A DNA stretch of 64,000 nt from Candidatus Omnitrophota bacterium. GTDB taxonomy: Bacteria; Omnitrophota; Gorgyraeia; Duberdicusellales; 4484-171. Positions 28,495 to 37,542 of this stretch are shown piece by piece. Both the position numbers and the translations under genes were made by a program. The stretch lies in NCBI GenBank assembly GCA_016935525.1, contig JAFGQU010000012.1, positions 1,248-65,247 on the forward strand, in the 5' to 3' direction. Under the pieces are notes generated by a model. The model worked only from the letters and a program-made list of their open reading frames with translations, ran no database searches and was not told where the DNA came from. Every line of letters begins with the position of its first letter. Within the stretch, counting starts at the first letter, position 1.

Positions 28495-29454
28495 TTATAG
28501 TGAGGATGCCTGGTTTAACGCGAACAGGACAATACAGCCCATAAGATTGTGAAGGCTGTGGAAGAAAATACTGTTGACCATGTTATGGGTGCGTTCGTAA
28601 AGAAAACATAACATGAAACTGAGGATAAATAACGGCAATACTACATTGTAAGTACGGTGGATCAACGAAAAGATGAGCGATACCAGGATAGTCGTCGCGA
28701 TAAACGACATACGTTTCCTTAACCAACCGTAAAGGAACCCGCGGAAAAAAAGTTCTTCGACGATAGGCCCGAGAACGACGATCTGAAGTATCAACAGATA
28801 CCGGGCCGGGTCATCTTTAAGCATAAAGTAAAGCGGGATCGCCGGGTTAAGGCCGGATTTAAGATGAAGAGAGCTTGCGATGAAATGGTTTACGAATGCC
28901 GCGGGAAAGATCAGCCATACGGTGATCGCGTAAAGGCCGGCGGCTTTAAACGGGATAAAATGATCTTTTCTTATCCCGAGTTCGGAAAACGGAATATACC
29001 GGGCGAGGATAAAAAATACGGATATCTCTAAGAAGATATTATAGAATATGGTGATCCGCGGCCAGTTGTTGTCGGGCCCGAATACAGCGATACCCAAAAT
29101 AGCGAGAGTCGCTAAAAACGTCGTCGCGGTGATAAGAGTGATGATCTTTAAATTATATTGATGGTCATAATGAAGCGTGGTCGTCCCGGGAGCTTGCGGA
29201 AACACTTTTTGTTTACGTAACGCCTGTATTATCCAGAATGCCGCGATCCCGATCCCGCCGGTAAACAGGATGAAATAGACAAAAAATACCAGCCGGAAAT
29301 ACGGCGCGTCCATAAAATTCTCCGATATGTCCGGGAGGGTAGGTATATCTTCCTGAGGCATTCCGGCGATATGATGAGTGGCCATCTGTACGGCAAACGC
29401 GCCCAACACGAAAATGATCGACAGGAAAATGAAAAGTTTGATTTTTTTAGTCAT
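28495..29454 (-). CDS. CPBP (CAAX/Abi) intramembrane metalloprotease
   Basis: PIVEELFFRG, F..IH, HSLHN; start MTKK at 29454. Confidence 0.9.
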   Translation of the reverse strand: MTKKIKLFIFLSIIFVLGAFAVQMATHHIAGMPQEDIPTLPDISENFMDAPYFRLVFFVYFILFTGGIGIAAFWIIQALRKQKVFPQAPGTTTLHYDHQYNLKIITLITATTFLATLAILGIAVFGPDNNWPRITIFYNIFLEISVFFILARYIPFSELGIRKDHFIPFKAAGLYAITVWLIFPAAFVNHFIASSLHLKSGLNPAIPLYFMLKDDPARYLLILQIVVLGPIVEELFFRGFLYGWLRKRMSFIATTILVSLIFSLIHRTYNVVLPLFILSFMLCFLYERTHNMVNSIFFHSLHNLMGCIVLFALNQASSL

Positions 29455-29538
29455 AGTCTTTATAATTTTCTCATAAGACTCTAATGAGATTGTAAGGGGA
29501 AATCGGGTAATACACAAGGGGAAAATTCTAATATACGG

Positions 29539-29769
29539 GTCACATAGACACAAGGTCACAGAGTCACACGTGATTTAATGTCCGTCTTACGAATATCGGT
29601 TATGAAGCCCGTATCGGTATTCGTCTTTCGGTCACGGTTTTTAAAAAAAGTCGTTGCCGTTAACCGGCCGACGGAACCTGCCCGCCCTCACGAATGTTCG
29701 GGAGCAGGCGGACGGGCATCGTTACCGTTTGCCGAATGACGAATGATCACGTCATGTGTCGTGTGACAT
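29539..29769. repeat. GTCACA octamer inverted pair enclosing hexamer-like tracts and a GC hairpin
   Basis: gtcacatagacacaaggtcacagagtcacacgt ... tgtgtcgtgtgac. Confidence 0.7.
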
Positions 29770-29789
29770 GGAGCAGTAAAGGAGAGATC

Positions 29790-30467
29790 ATGAAGAAACT
29801 AGCCGTATTGATGATATTATTATCGATGAGTATCGTCGCCTGCGGCCAGGGCGCCGAAAGAATAAAATTACCCCAGCCGCGATATAAGGGTGAAGCCTCT
29901 TTTGAAGAGGCGTTATATGCCCGTCATTCAGTACGCAGTTACGGATGTAAAGGGTTGATTCTTGATGAGATCTCTCAGTTACTCTGGGCGGCGCAGGGGA
30001 AATCCCAAAGCGGAAAACGTACCGCGCCGAGCGCGCACGCGTCTTATCCTATCGATGTCTATCTTGTGGTAGGGAAAGCCGAAGGGTTAGCCGGCGGGTT
30101 ATACAAATATGATCAGCCCGGCCATCAGCTTATCAAGGTAAAAGACGGCGACTTGCGTCACGAATTCCTGGTTGCCTGCCGCGGACAAGGGCAGGTGTTG
30201 ACTGCTCCGGTATCTATTGTATTGGTATGTCCTGAACGTAAAGATGAGATGAAATTCGTGTATATGGAAGCCGGACATATTGCCGAGAACGTGTATTTAC
30301 AGTCAACGGCGCTTAACCTTGGTACGGTTGTTATCGCGGGATTTGATGAAACAAAACTGAACGAGTTTCTGGGGCTTACCGAAGGCTCCCAACCCCTCTA
30401 TGTGATGCCGGTAGGGAGCGAGAGCGGCGGATGTAAAAAATGTCAGGGTGATGAATGTCCGAAATAA
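29790..30467 (+). CDS. SagB/ThcOx-type nitroreductase, predicted lipoprotein
   Basis: RHSVRSY, SQLLWAAQG, RTAPSA, EAGHIAENVYL; IVAC lipobox; SD AAGGAG. Confidence 0.88.
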   Translation: MKKLAVLMILLSMSIVACGQGAERIKLPQPRYKGEASFEEALYARHSVRSYGCKGLILDEISQLLWAAQGKSQSGKRTAPSAHASYPIDVYLVVGKAEGLAGGLYKYDQPGHQLIKVKDGDLRHEFLVACRGQGQVLTAPVSIVLVCPERKDEMKFVYMEAGHIAENVYLQSTALNLGTVVIAGFDETKLNEFLGLTEGSQPLYVMPVGSESGGCKKCQGDECPK

Positions 30468-31159
30468 TATTTACCTCAAGCGGCGGGAAAGACAGTATGT
30501 TCGCGTTATATACTCTGCAACAGTCCGGGATGTATCATATCGACAGGTTATTGACTACTATAACCGAAGGGTATGACCGGATCAGTATGCATGGGGTAAG
30601 ACGGCAACTGATTCATCAACAGGCCCGATCGCTCAGGATCCCTCTTGATATCGTTGAAATACCGAAAGACTCCTCGAATGAGGAGTATGAACAGCGGATG
30701 GGAAAGACGTTACTGCGCTATAAAGAACGTGGTATCGGCTCGGTCGCCTTCGGTGATCTGTTTTTAGAAGATGTGCGCGCGTACCGGATAAAGAACCTTT
30801 CAAAAGTATCTATGGACGCGATATTCCCGTTATGGGGCCAGGCTACGTCTTTACTCTCTCGCGCGTTCATCAATGCCGGGTTTAAAGCGATAGTGACCTG
30901 TGTTGATTCACACGTATTAGACCGGTCGTTTGTCGGGTGCGACTATGACGGCAAGTTTCTTGATGAGCTGCCGGATAGAGTAGACCCTTGCGGAGAAAAC
31001 GGGGAATTCCATTCGTTTGTCTATGACGGGCCGAATTTTTCTTATCCGGTAAGATTCGAAAAAGGCCGGATCCTATTAAAAAATAACCGGTTCTGGTATT
31101 GTGATCTGATCGAGACGGGTCGTGTAATGAAAAAAGAAGGAGTGGAAGAAGATGGATAA
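30455..31159 (+). CDS. Dph6/MJ0570-like PP-loop ATPase
   Basis: SGGKDS, SMHGVR, FGDLFLED, DPCGENGEFHSFV. Confidence 0.9.
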   Translation: MSEIIFTSSGGKDSMFALYTLQQSGMYHIDRLLTTITEGYDRISMHGVRRQLIHQQARSLRIPLDIVEIPKDSSNEEYEQRMGKTLLRYKERGIGSVAFGDLFLEDVRAYRIKNLSKVSMDAIFPLWGQATSLLSRAFINAGFKAIVTCVDSHVLDRSFVGCDYDGKFLDELPDRVDPCGENGEFHSFVYDGPNFSYPVRFEKGRILLKNNRFWYCDLIETGRVMKKEGVEEDG

Positions 31160-31886
31160 AAAAAATGTAATATTCTTAAGTATTGTCCTGATACTCTTTT
31201 CTGCCGGATGTGTCAAAGGGCCCGATGAAGCGGGAGAAAAGTTCAAGGTAATTGCTGAAGGATGTTTTAAAGATATGATGTCTTCTCAGATAGAACCCTG
31301 GAATTTAAAAGATCATTCCGAAGAGGAAATAGCAAAAGATAAAGAACGAATACAGGCGATTGTGAAAAAAACTCAGGAAAAATTGAGGCAGTTGGTGAAA
31401 GAGTATCCGCGCAGCCGTTGGGCCGACGATTCCCAGTCTTTACTCGCGTTTCTGTTATTAGAAACCCCGCCGCAACGTATGGAAGCGTTAAAATATTTAA
31501 TTGAAACGTATCCGCACGGTAGGTTCGAGGCGTGGACTGAAGAAAAATTCGGCCCTCTTTTGATCCGGGTAGAAGGTTTTCCTATGGAAGCGTCCGCGCG
31601 GATCGATCTTGTGGCAACGTATCTTATGGCCGGAGATATCGATAAAGCGGAAGAGACGCGATTAGCGCTGATAAAAAAGTATCCGAAACTAAAAGATCAG
31701 TTCTCTCAATCTCTGTTACCGCCGGATATAAATACGCAGGCGGGTGGTTGTTCGAATTGCGTGAACTGTCAGGGACAATCAGGAACAGTACCGGAGAATG
31801 AACCGGGGCAGCCGGCGGCATCTAAATCCTGCGGGAGTTGTCAGGAGAAGGCTAAGATGAGGGAAGCAACCGGGATAAAAGAGTAG
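31152..31886 (+). CDS. hypothetical helical (TPR/BamD-like) lipoprotein with Cys-rich tail
   Basis: SAGC lipobox, LV.EYP.S.WAD, C-terminal CSNCVNC and CGSC. Confidence 0.6.
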   Translation: MDKKNVIFLSIVLILFSAGCVKGPDEAGEKFKVIAEGCFKDMMSSQIEPWNLKDHSEEEIAKDKERIQAIVKKTQEKLRQLVKEYPRSRWADDSQSLLAFLLLETPPQRMEALKYLIETYPHGRFEAWTEEKFGPLLIRVEGFPMEASARIDLVATYLMAGDIDKAEETRLALIKKYPKLKDQFSQSLLPPDINTQAGGCSNCVNCQGQSGTVPENEPGQPAASKSCGSCQEKAKMREATGIKE

Positions 31887-32019
31887 GGTCACACGACACA
31901 TCCCGCACCGATATTTACATATCTAGCGGGACCCCGCTGTATAAAAATATTACGGAGCGGGGCGTCACATAGTCACACGTAATTGCGTTTACCCGTTGAG
32001 GGGAAGAAATAGAGTATAT

Positions 32020-32538
32020 ATGGAGATGGAAAGGGTACTGGAGACGCCGAAAAAGATCAATCAAGAGTTTCTCGTCGAACATCCCCGGTTTGTAACCCAA
32101 AAACTGGTAGTCCGGCCGGCCGAAATATTTCGCGGCCCGCGGTTAGTGTTAAACGGAGAAGTACAACCGGAAATAGAGGGGAAATTTACCGTCACCGACG
32201 ATATCGGGAAAGAAACCGTGGTACGGTTGCTTTATAATATCGTCGATCCGGTCCCTATTATCGAGATCGACGGTGATCAGATATCGCTGGTCAAACCATT
32301 CCTGTGGTATCAACGGGTATGGGTCGGGTTACCGTTATTATTGATCTTTGTCGGTAAACTGTTCGGCGCGTTGTTAGGTATCGTTGCCGTACTCGTGAAC
32401 ATCCGCGTGTTTCGTAGCGATAAACCGCTGATCATCAGGTACCTGCGTATCGCTTGGGTCAATATCATGATGGCGCTGGTGTATTTCGTCCTCGCCTCGA
32501 GTTTTATGATGTTTATCAATTTGCTGAGACTGAAGTGA
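32020..32538 (+). CDS. hypothetical membrane protein
   Basis: soluble N-terminal domain plus C-terminal TM helices. Confidence 0.55.
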   Translation: MEMERVLETPKKINQEFLVEHPRFVTQKLVVRPAEIFRGPRLVLNGEVQPEIEGKFTVTDDIGKETVVRLLYNIVDPVPIIEIDGDQISLVKPFLWYQRVWVGLPLLLIFVGKLFGALLGIVAVLVNIRVFRSDKPLIIRYLRIAWVNIMMALVYFVLASSFMMFINLLRLK

Positions 32539-32656
32539 ATCACGTCACACGACACACGTCACATAGTCACACGTCGAAAAATTCCAATATACAATAAACA
32601 AATTACAAAATAGGGTCTACTATTTAGGAGATGTGTTGACAAAATGAAGAGATTCC

Positions 32657-32887
32657 AACCACAGAGGACACCGAGGGCACGGAGTAAAAATGAGAGGTTT
32701 CAATGAGAAGATATTTGGTTTCTTCCCATCGATGTTCGATGGGGGTCTCTTTGCAAAAACGGGAGAAAACCGGCAAAATATTTTCCGGTTTTCTTCGTTT
32801 TTACAAAGAAATACGCTTTTATGGAATAAAAGCACGAAACCAAATATCTTCATCTCTTCTCTGTGGAACTCTGTGAGCTCTGTGGTT
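32657..32887. mobile_element. MITE-like element A (9-bp-period shell, internal cassette type 1)
   Basis: AACCACAGAGGACACCGAG...CTCTGTGAGCTCTGTGGTT; internal perfect 16-bp IR GAAGATATTTGGTTTC (32707 / 32836). Confidence 0.65.
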
Positions 32888-32936
32888 AAATCTTCCCGGA
32901 TGGTTAATCCCTAGTAAATTAGTAAAGATTTACGTC

Positions 32937-33014
32937 ACACGTTGCCCTTCGGGCTCGCGAAGATGAGCACAGATTGAGAAGACCACAGATGATTGCAGAT
33001 ATCCTCGTATCCCC
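32937..33014 (+). repeat. 78-bp dispersed repeat (other copy 48161-48238)
   Basis: 73/78 identical by eye. Confidence 0.85.
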
Positions 33015-33211
33015 CCACCCTGCACCCGATACCCTGTACCCGGCACCCGAGATAGTAGAAACTGGACAGGGAAAAGTGGAAAGGGGACAGGGGATTTGGG
33101 TTGAAAGATAGAGAAAATGGGGGTATTATAAAAAATAAGTGAGGTATCTAGTATAGACTATATAGAATTTATATCTATGAGGTTCACCTTTATAGACATA
33201 GGTATAAAAAG

Positions 33212-33281
33212 TTGACAAATCCCCTCTAAATATGGTATATTTAAATTGGTCAGTTTAATTGACTGGTCTTTTAAATAGACT
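33212..33281 (+). promoter_or_regulatory. TA promoter and tandem operator
   Basis: TTGACA...TGgTATATT; two adjacent 17-bp palindromes GGTCAGTTTAATTGACT and GGTCTTTTAAATAGACT. Confidence 0.65.
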
Positions 33282-33298
33282 ACAAATAGGAGATAAAA

Positions 33299-33577
33299 AT
33301 GGCACACCTAACTATTACTACAACCAGTAACGCGAAAGCAAAATTTATTTCTATGGTACGGAAGGTTCATGATTTAGGACAGGCTTACATGATCACCCAT
33401 AGGGGAGAAGATTCTGCTGTATTGTTAAGCCATGAAGATTATGAAGGCCTTTTAGAGACAATTGATATTTTAAAAAATAATAAGATTATTGCGGAAATCA
33501 TGCAATCTTTGAAAGATCTCGAAGAGGGGGTCATCCATTCCTTTGAGGAAGTTGTTGGCAGACAACAGAAAAAATGA
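33299..33577 (+). CDS. Phd/YefM family antitoxin
   Basis: SNAKAKF..MV, IT.RG..AVLLS.EDYE.L.ET. Confidence 0.9.
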   Translation: MAHLTITTTSNAKAKFISMVRKVHDLGQAYMITHRGEDSAVLLSHEDYEGLLETIDILKNNKIIAEIMQSLKDLEEGVIHSFEEVVGRQQKK

Positions 33578-33864
33578 ACCGACAGAACGTTTATAGCATT
33601 TCTTTTACCCGCACTTCTAAAAAACAATTTAATTTTCTCCCCGGCAAAATAAAGAAAGAAATTGCTAAAATCTTAGAAGAAGAGTTAGCGTATAATCCTC
33701 TTTTAGGAAAGCCGCTGCAAGGGCCATTGAAGGGATTGCGTTCTCAAAGAGTCGGAGTGCTGAGGATCATATATAAGATAGTGCAAGACGAATTGGTTAT
33801 AATAGTGATCAGTCTTGAGCATAGGAAAAGTGTATATCGTAGCCACAAATTGAAGAAGAAATAA
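33574..33864 (+). CDS. RelE/ParE family toxin
   Basis: K.L.G.LKG.RS.RVG.LRIIY, HRK.VY; overlaps antitoxin stop. Confidence 0.88.
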   Translation: MNRQNVYSISFTRTSKKQFNFLPGKIKKEIAKILEEELAYNPLLGKPLQGPLKGLRSQRVGVLRIIYKIVQDELVIIVISLEHRKSVYRSHKLKKK

Positions 33865-33971
33865 CTTCCCTTTGTGCTCTCCCGAAGTGTCGTTCCCTGA
33901 ATGGACCGTCGTTCGTCGACCGTCGCACGTGATTCGTCGTTAGTAAGCAGAAACGGGTAGAAAGAAAAAAT

Positions 33972-34688
33972 ATGGGAAATGATATTGTGAAAATCATAAT
34001 ATATTCTTTATTTTCCGGGATTACCATATTTCTCGGAGGATTACTGGCATTGCTATTTGAAAAAATGCCAAGATGGAATATGAGAGAGTACATAGTACAT
34101 ACTTCAATCGCTTTTGGCGGAGGAGTGTTGGTTGCCGCGGTTGCGTTTGTCCTTACCCCGCGTGGTATCGAACTGTTTGCGGTACAGAAATTCACGTTGA
34201 TATTTCTTGCCGGCTCGGTCACGTTTTTTCTTATCGACCGGGGTCTCGAACGAAAAGGCGGTGCCGTCGCTCAGGTATTGGCGATGATGATGGATTTCGT
34301 ACCGGAAGCGATCGCGTTAGGTGCGGTATTTGCGCACGATCATCGGACCGGATTACTGTTAGCGTTGTTTATCGGGTTACAGAATTTGCCGGAATCGTTT
34401 AACGCCTATTCAGACCTGCGAAGCAGCGGGTTCGGCCCGGTACGGATATTGTCGGCCTTTGTCCCGTTAAGTCTTACCGGTATCGCCGGCGCGTTGTTAG
34501 GGAACCGTTTCCTCATCGATAGGCCTCAACTTATTGCTGGGTTGATGTTGTTTTCTGCCGGGGGGATATTGTATCTTATCTTCCAGGATATCGCGCCGTT
34601 ATCGAAAGTGAGACGGCGCTGGGGTCCGGCTTTGGGGGCGACGATAGGATTTGTTATCGGGATGATCGGGACAAAAATGTTGGGATAA
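33972..34688 (+). CDS. ZIP-family-like divalent cation transporter
   Basis: AFGGG, DFVPEAIALG, IGLQNLPES, AGGILY. Confidence 0.8.
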   Translation: MGNDIVKIIIYSLFSGITIFLGGLLALLFEKMPRWNMREYIVHTSIAFGGGVLVAAVAFVLTPRGIELFAVQKFTLIFLAGSVTFFLIDRGLERKGGAVAQVLAMMMDFVPEAIALGAVFAHDHRTGLLLALFIGLQNLPESFNAYSDLRSSGFGPVRILSAFVPLSLTGIAGALLGNRFLIDRPQLIAGLMLFSAGGILYLIFQDIAPLSKVRRRWGPALGATIGFVIGMIGTKMLG

Positions 34689-34775
34689 ATAAGAACGTAA
34701 CGCGGGACGCGACACGCGTAACGCGTGGAAATCCCTCCGGGCAGTTAATTCCTAGTAAATTTGTAAAGTTCCATA

Positions 34776-34804
34776 AAAACCCGTTCTCGTTGAAAAGAAC
34801 GGGC
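34776..34804 (-). terminator. intrinsic terminator after tRNA-Ser(CGA)
   Basis: CCCGTTCT...AGAACGGG hairpin followed by a T-run on the minus strand. Confidence 0.7.
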
Positions 34805-34815
34805 AGATTGTGTTC

Positions 34816-34911
34816 TGGCGGAGAGGGTGGGATTTGAACCCACGGTCCCACTTTAGGGCGGGACTTCCGATTTCGAATCGGACCCATTCAACCGGGCTCT
34901 GGCACCTCTCC
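34816..34911 (-). tRNA. tRNA-Ser (CGA), CCA encoded
   Basis: GGAGAGG...CCTCTCC-G-CCA; TCCGA-TTCGAAA-TCGGA; long variable arm. Confidence 0.95.
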
Positions 34912-35014
34912 GATACATAGCGGATAGCTGTTAGCGGATAGAACGATTTATATGAAAAAATTCTCTTCTCGTCTAATCTCTAGCCGTTTGCCGTTATACG
35001 CTGGATTTCTGATA

Positions 35015-35079
35015 AGTTTACCGTGAACCGATGATTCCGTCAAGGTGGCCCTTAATAACCAGATCACACCTCGTAGGTG
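35015..35079 (-). promoter_or_regulatory. tRNA-Ser(CGA) promoter with upstream palindrome
   Basis: TTGACG, 17 bp, TAAACT; CACCT-N3-AGGTG 23 bp upstream of -35. Confidence 0.65.
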
Positions 35080-35286
35080 TGATCTTTGAGGTTTTTTAAC
35101 GACGGGCTGAACGGGCAAACGGGATAACTTGATAATCCGTCAAGATTGAGGATTCGAAAGGTTTTTAGACTCACGACGTACGACTTTCTGTTTTTTCTTG
35201 CTACTTACTATCGGATAATTTCTGGTCTACGGACTATCGAATGTGGTCTCTGGTCTTTCGTCTCACCGCTATCCGCTCACCGCTAT

Positions 35287-35715
35287 TCAAAAGTCCTGCC
35301 GTATCGCGATTGCTTCGTCTTCGTCAAGCCGGCCGTCATGGTTGATATCGTACATCTGTTCGAAATGGGTCACGGCCGGGGCGGATCCCGATTTCTTTAT
35401 TTCTTTATATTTATCGTATAATAACCGTTTGGTCTCGGCCGGCATTAACCAGCCGTCTTTGTCTCGATCGTATTGTTGTTCGGCGAAGTTAGAGACCATA
35501 TATTGGTAGGTACGCCATTCCCGGCGTTTGTCTATCCATTTGTTTGATACCCGGTCCCGTTCGGTTTGGAACAGGTTGTATTGGACTTTTTCGGTACGAG
35601 TGATTTTCCCGTCACGGTTTAAATCGACCGGATGGTACCGGTGGGTATGGGCGCATCCCGGCATAAGAGAAATAGTCATCAGGCCTACCATGAGGATGTT
35701 CAGCCGTTTGTTCAT
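35287..35715 (-). CDS. EF-hand lipoprotein
   Basis: lipobox-like MPGC; DLNRDGKITRTE, DRDKDGWLMPAE, DINHDGRLDEDE. Confidence 0.8.
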   Translation of the reverse strand: MNKRLNILMVGLMTISLMPGCAHTHRYHPVDLNRDGKITRTEKVQYNLFQTERDRVSNKWIDKRREWRTYQYMVSNFAEQQYDRDKDGWLMPAETKRLLYDKYKEIKKSGSAPAVTHFEQMYDINHDGRLDEDEAIAIRQDF

Positions 35716-35855
35716 ATAGATCTTATTTTAACAAATTACCGGCAATTTTCAATTTTTTGATATAAAAAATATCTATGCCATTCATAGATCTATTGATAAT
35801 TATAGGGTTTTTTGTATTATTCCAGAAGATGCGTCCATAGAACGGATGGCTTTTC

Positions 35856-36085
35856 AACCACGGAGGACACAGAGAGCACAGAGAGGAATTGAGGGTATCC
35901 TCAATATTTGAGAAAATCTGTAATACTCAAACGCTCATTGAGCGTTTTGGGTCAGGGAGCGCAGGGCGCGTAAATAAAAAGGATTTTTTATTTCGCTGCC
36001 TGCGCTCCCTGAATGTTCCTGCGAGAGATATCTCGCAGGGTAATTACAGATTTTTTGCTCCGTGAACTCCGTGAGCTCTGTGGTT
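35856..36085. mobile_element. MITE-like element B (shell plus cassette type 2, orientation 1)
   Basis: shell nearly identical to element C; internal IR AAAATCTGTAAT (35913) / ATTACAGATTTT (36043). Confidence 0.7.
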
Positions 36086-36193
36086 AAATATCTTTCTGTG
36101 TAAAAAGGCCTTTTCGATTATACAAAATATCATAGTTGTCAAAGGGTACCGGAAACGGTATAATTAACCTTAATATATATAAATATGGATTAA

Positions 36194-36331
36194 AATAACC
36201 AATTTCCAAGATACAATAACCAAATAATAACCAATAATCAAATTTCAATAACCAAACGAAGACTAAATACATTATTTGGTCATTGGGGATTGGGATTTGT
36301 TTGTATCTTGTTCCTTGGTTATTGGTGATTT
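36194..36331. repeat. CCAA/TTGG heptamer-like inverted tracts
   Basis: taaccaatttccaagatacaataaccaa...tttggtcattggggattggg...ttggttattggtgatt. Confidence 0.75.
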
Positions 36332-36339
36332 AAAACGTT

Positions 36340-37182
36340 ATGGGACAAATAGCGAACGGACAATCGGTAAAGCTGTACTTAGACCTCTTGAAAAAGACCC
36401 TTACCTTTACGTTATGGCCGGAACCGCCTCTGCCGGTTGAAATATTCAGTTATAAATATCCGGTACCGACCAGGATATTCTTTAAGATCCTTTCGGCACT
36501 ATGCCGGGTAGGGAAAATGCGGTTAGTGAAAGACCGCAGGTTCGCGTCCGGCGAACGGGAACAGGGACGGGTCTGGCCGGGATATGCCGATACGATGATC
36601 GGTCTTGCCCGGCTTGATAATATCCAGGAATGCGCTGAAACCGTGATCAAAGAGAACGTGCCCGGCGATCTTATCGAAACCGGGGTATGGCGCGGCGGTG
36701 CCTGTATCTTTATGCGGGCAGTCCTTGCTGCCTACGGTATTGTCGGCCGGAAAGTGTATGTATGTGATTCGTTTGAAGGGTTGCCGAAACCGGATGAGGA
36801 GAAATATCCCGCCGATAAAGGCGATACGCATCATGTCCATCAGTTTATCGCGGTATCGCAGGAGGAAGTTGAACATAATTTCCGGAAATACGGGTTACTT
36901 GACGAACAGGTCGTGTTTCTTAAAGGATGGTTTAAAGATACGTTACCGGCCGCGCCGATCGAGAAGATCGCCCTTATGAGGTTAGACGGCGATATGTATT
37001 CATCGACTATCGACGCGTTACAGAACCTGTACCCGAAACTGTCGCCGGGCGGGTTCTGTATTATCGACGATTACGCGTTGAAAGGATGTAAACAGGCTGT
37101 TGACGATTATCGTCGTGACCACGGTATTGCCGCGCCGATCCGCACCGTCGATTGGACCGGAGTATACTGGCGAAAAGAATAG
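36340..37182 (+). CDS. TylF/MycF/NovP family O-methyltransferase
   Basis: TMIG..RL, GDLIETGVWRGG, DSFEGLP, GWFKDTL, RLDGDMYSST, IIDDY. Confidence 0.93.
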   Translation: MGQIANGQSVKLYLDLLKKTLTFTLWPEPPLPVEIFSYKYPVPTRIFFKILSALCRVGKMRLVKDRRFASGEREQGRVWPGYADTMIGLARLDNIQECAETVIKENVPGDLIETGVWRGGACIFMRAVLAAYGIVGRKVYVCDSFEGLPKPDEEKYPADKGDTHHVHQFIAVSQEEVEHNFRKYGLLDEQVVFLKGWFKDTLPAAPIEKIALMRLDGDMYSSTIDALQNLYPKLSPGGFCIIDDYALKGCKQAVDDYRRDHGIAAPIRTVDWTGVYWRKE

Positions 37183-37290
37183 CGTAGCCGGCGTTTCCCT
37201 GCCTATTTGTCTTATCTAGAGACTATGTTATAATTGACCCATTATGAATCGTATTGTTTAGAAGATGTGTTTGCAGGGTGAAGGTATTTC

Positions 37291-37522
37291 AACCACGGAG
37301 GACACAGAGAGCACAGAGAGGAATTGAGGGTATTCTCAATATTTGAGAAAATCTGTAATCATCCTGCGAGAAGCATCTCGCAGAAACGTTCAGGGAGCGC
37401 AGGCGGCAAAATAAAATATTCCTTTTATTTACGCGCTCTGCGCTTCCTGACCCAAAACGCTCAATGAGCGTTTGAGTATTACAGATTTTTTTTGCTCTGT
37501 GAACTCCGTGAGCTCTGTGGTT
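37291..37522. mobile_element. MITE-like element C (shell plus cassette type 2, inverted)
   Basis: same shell orientation as B; interior 37360-37477 is the reverse complement of B interior 35925-36042. Confidence 0.7.
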
Positions 37523-37542
37523 AAATTTCTTGAATTATACAT

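Noticed and set aside
32620-32914. Short ORFs on both strands over element A (also 37429-37731 and 36084-36272)
   Set aside because: They coincide with palindromic repeat DNA and show no protein motifs or SD.
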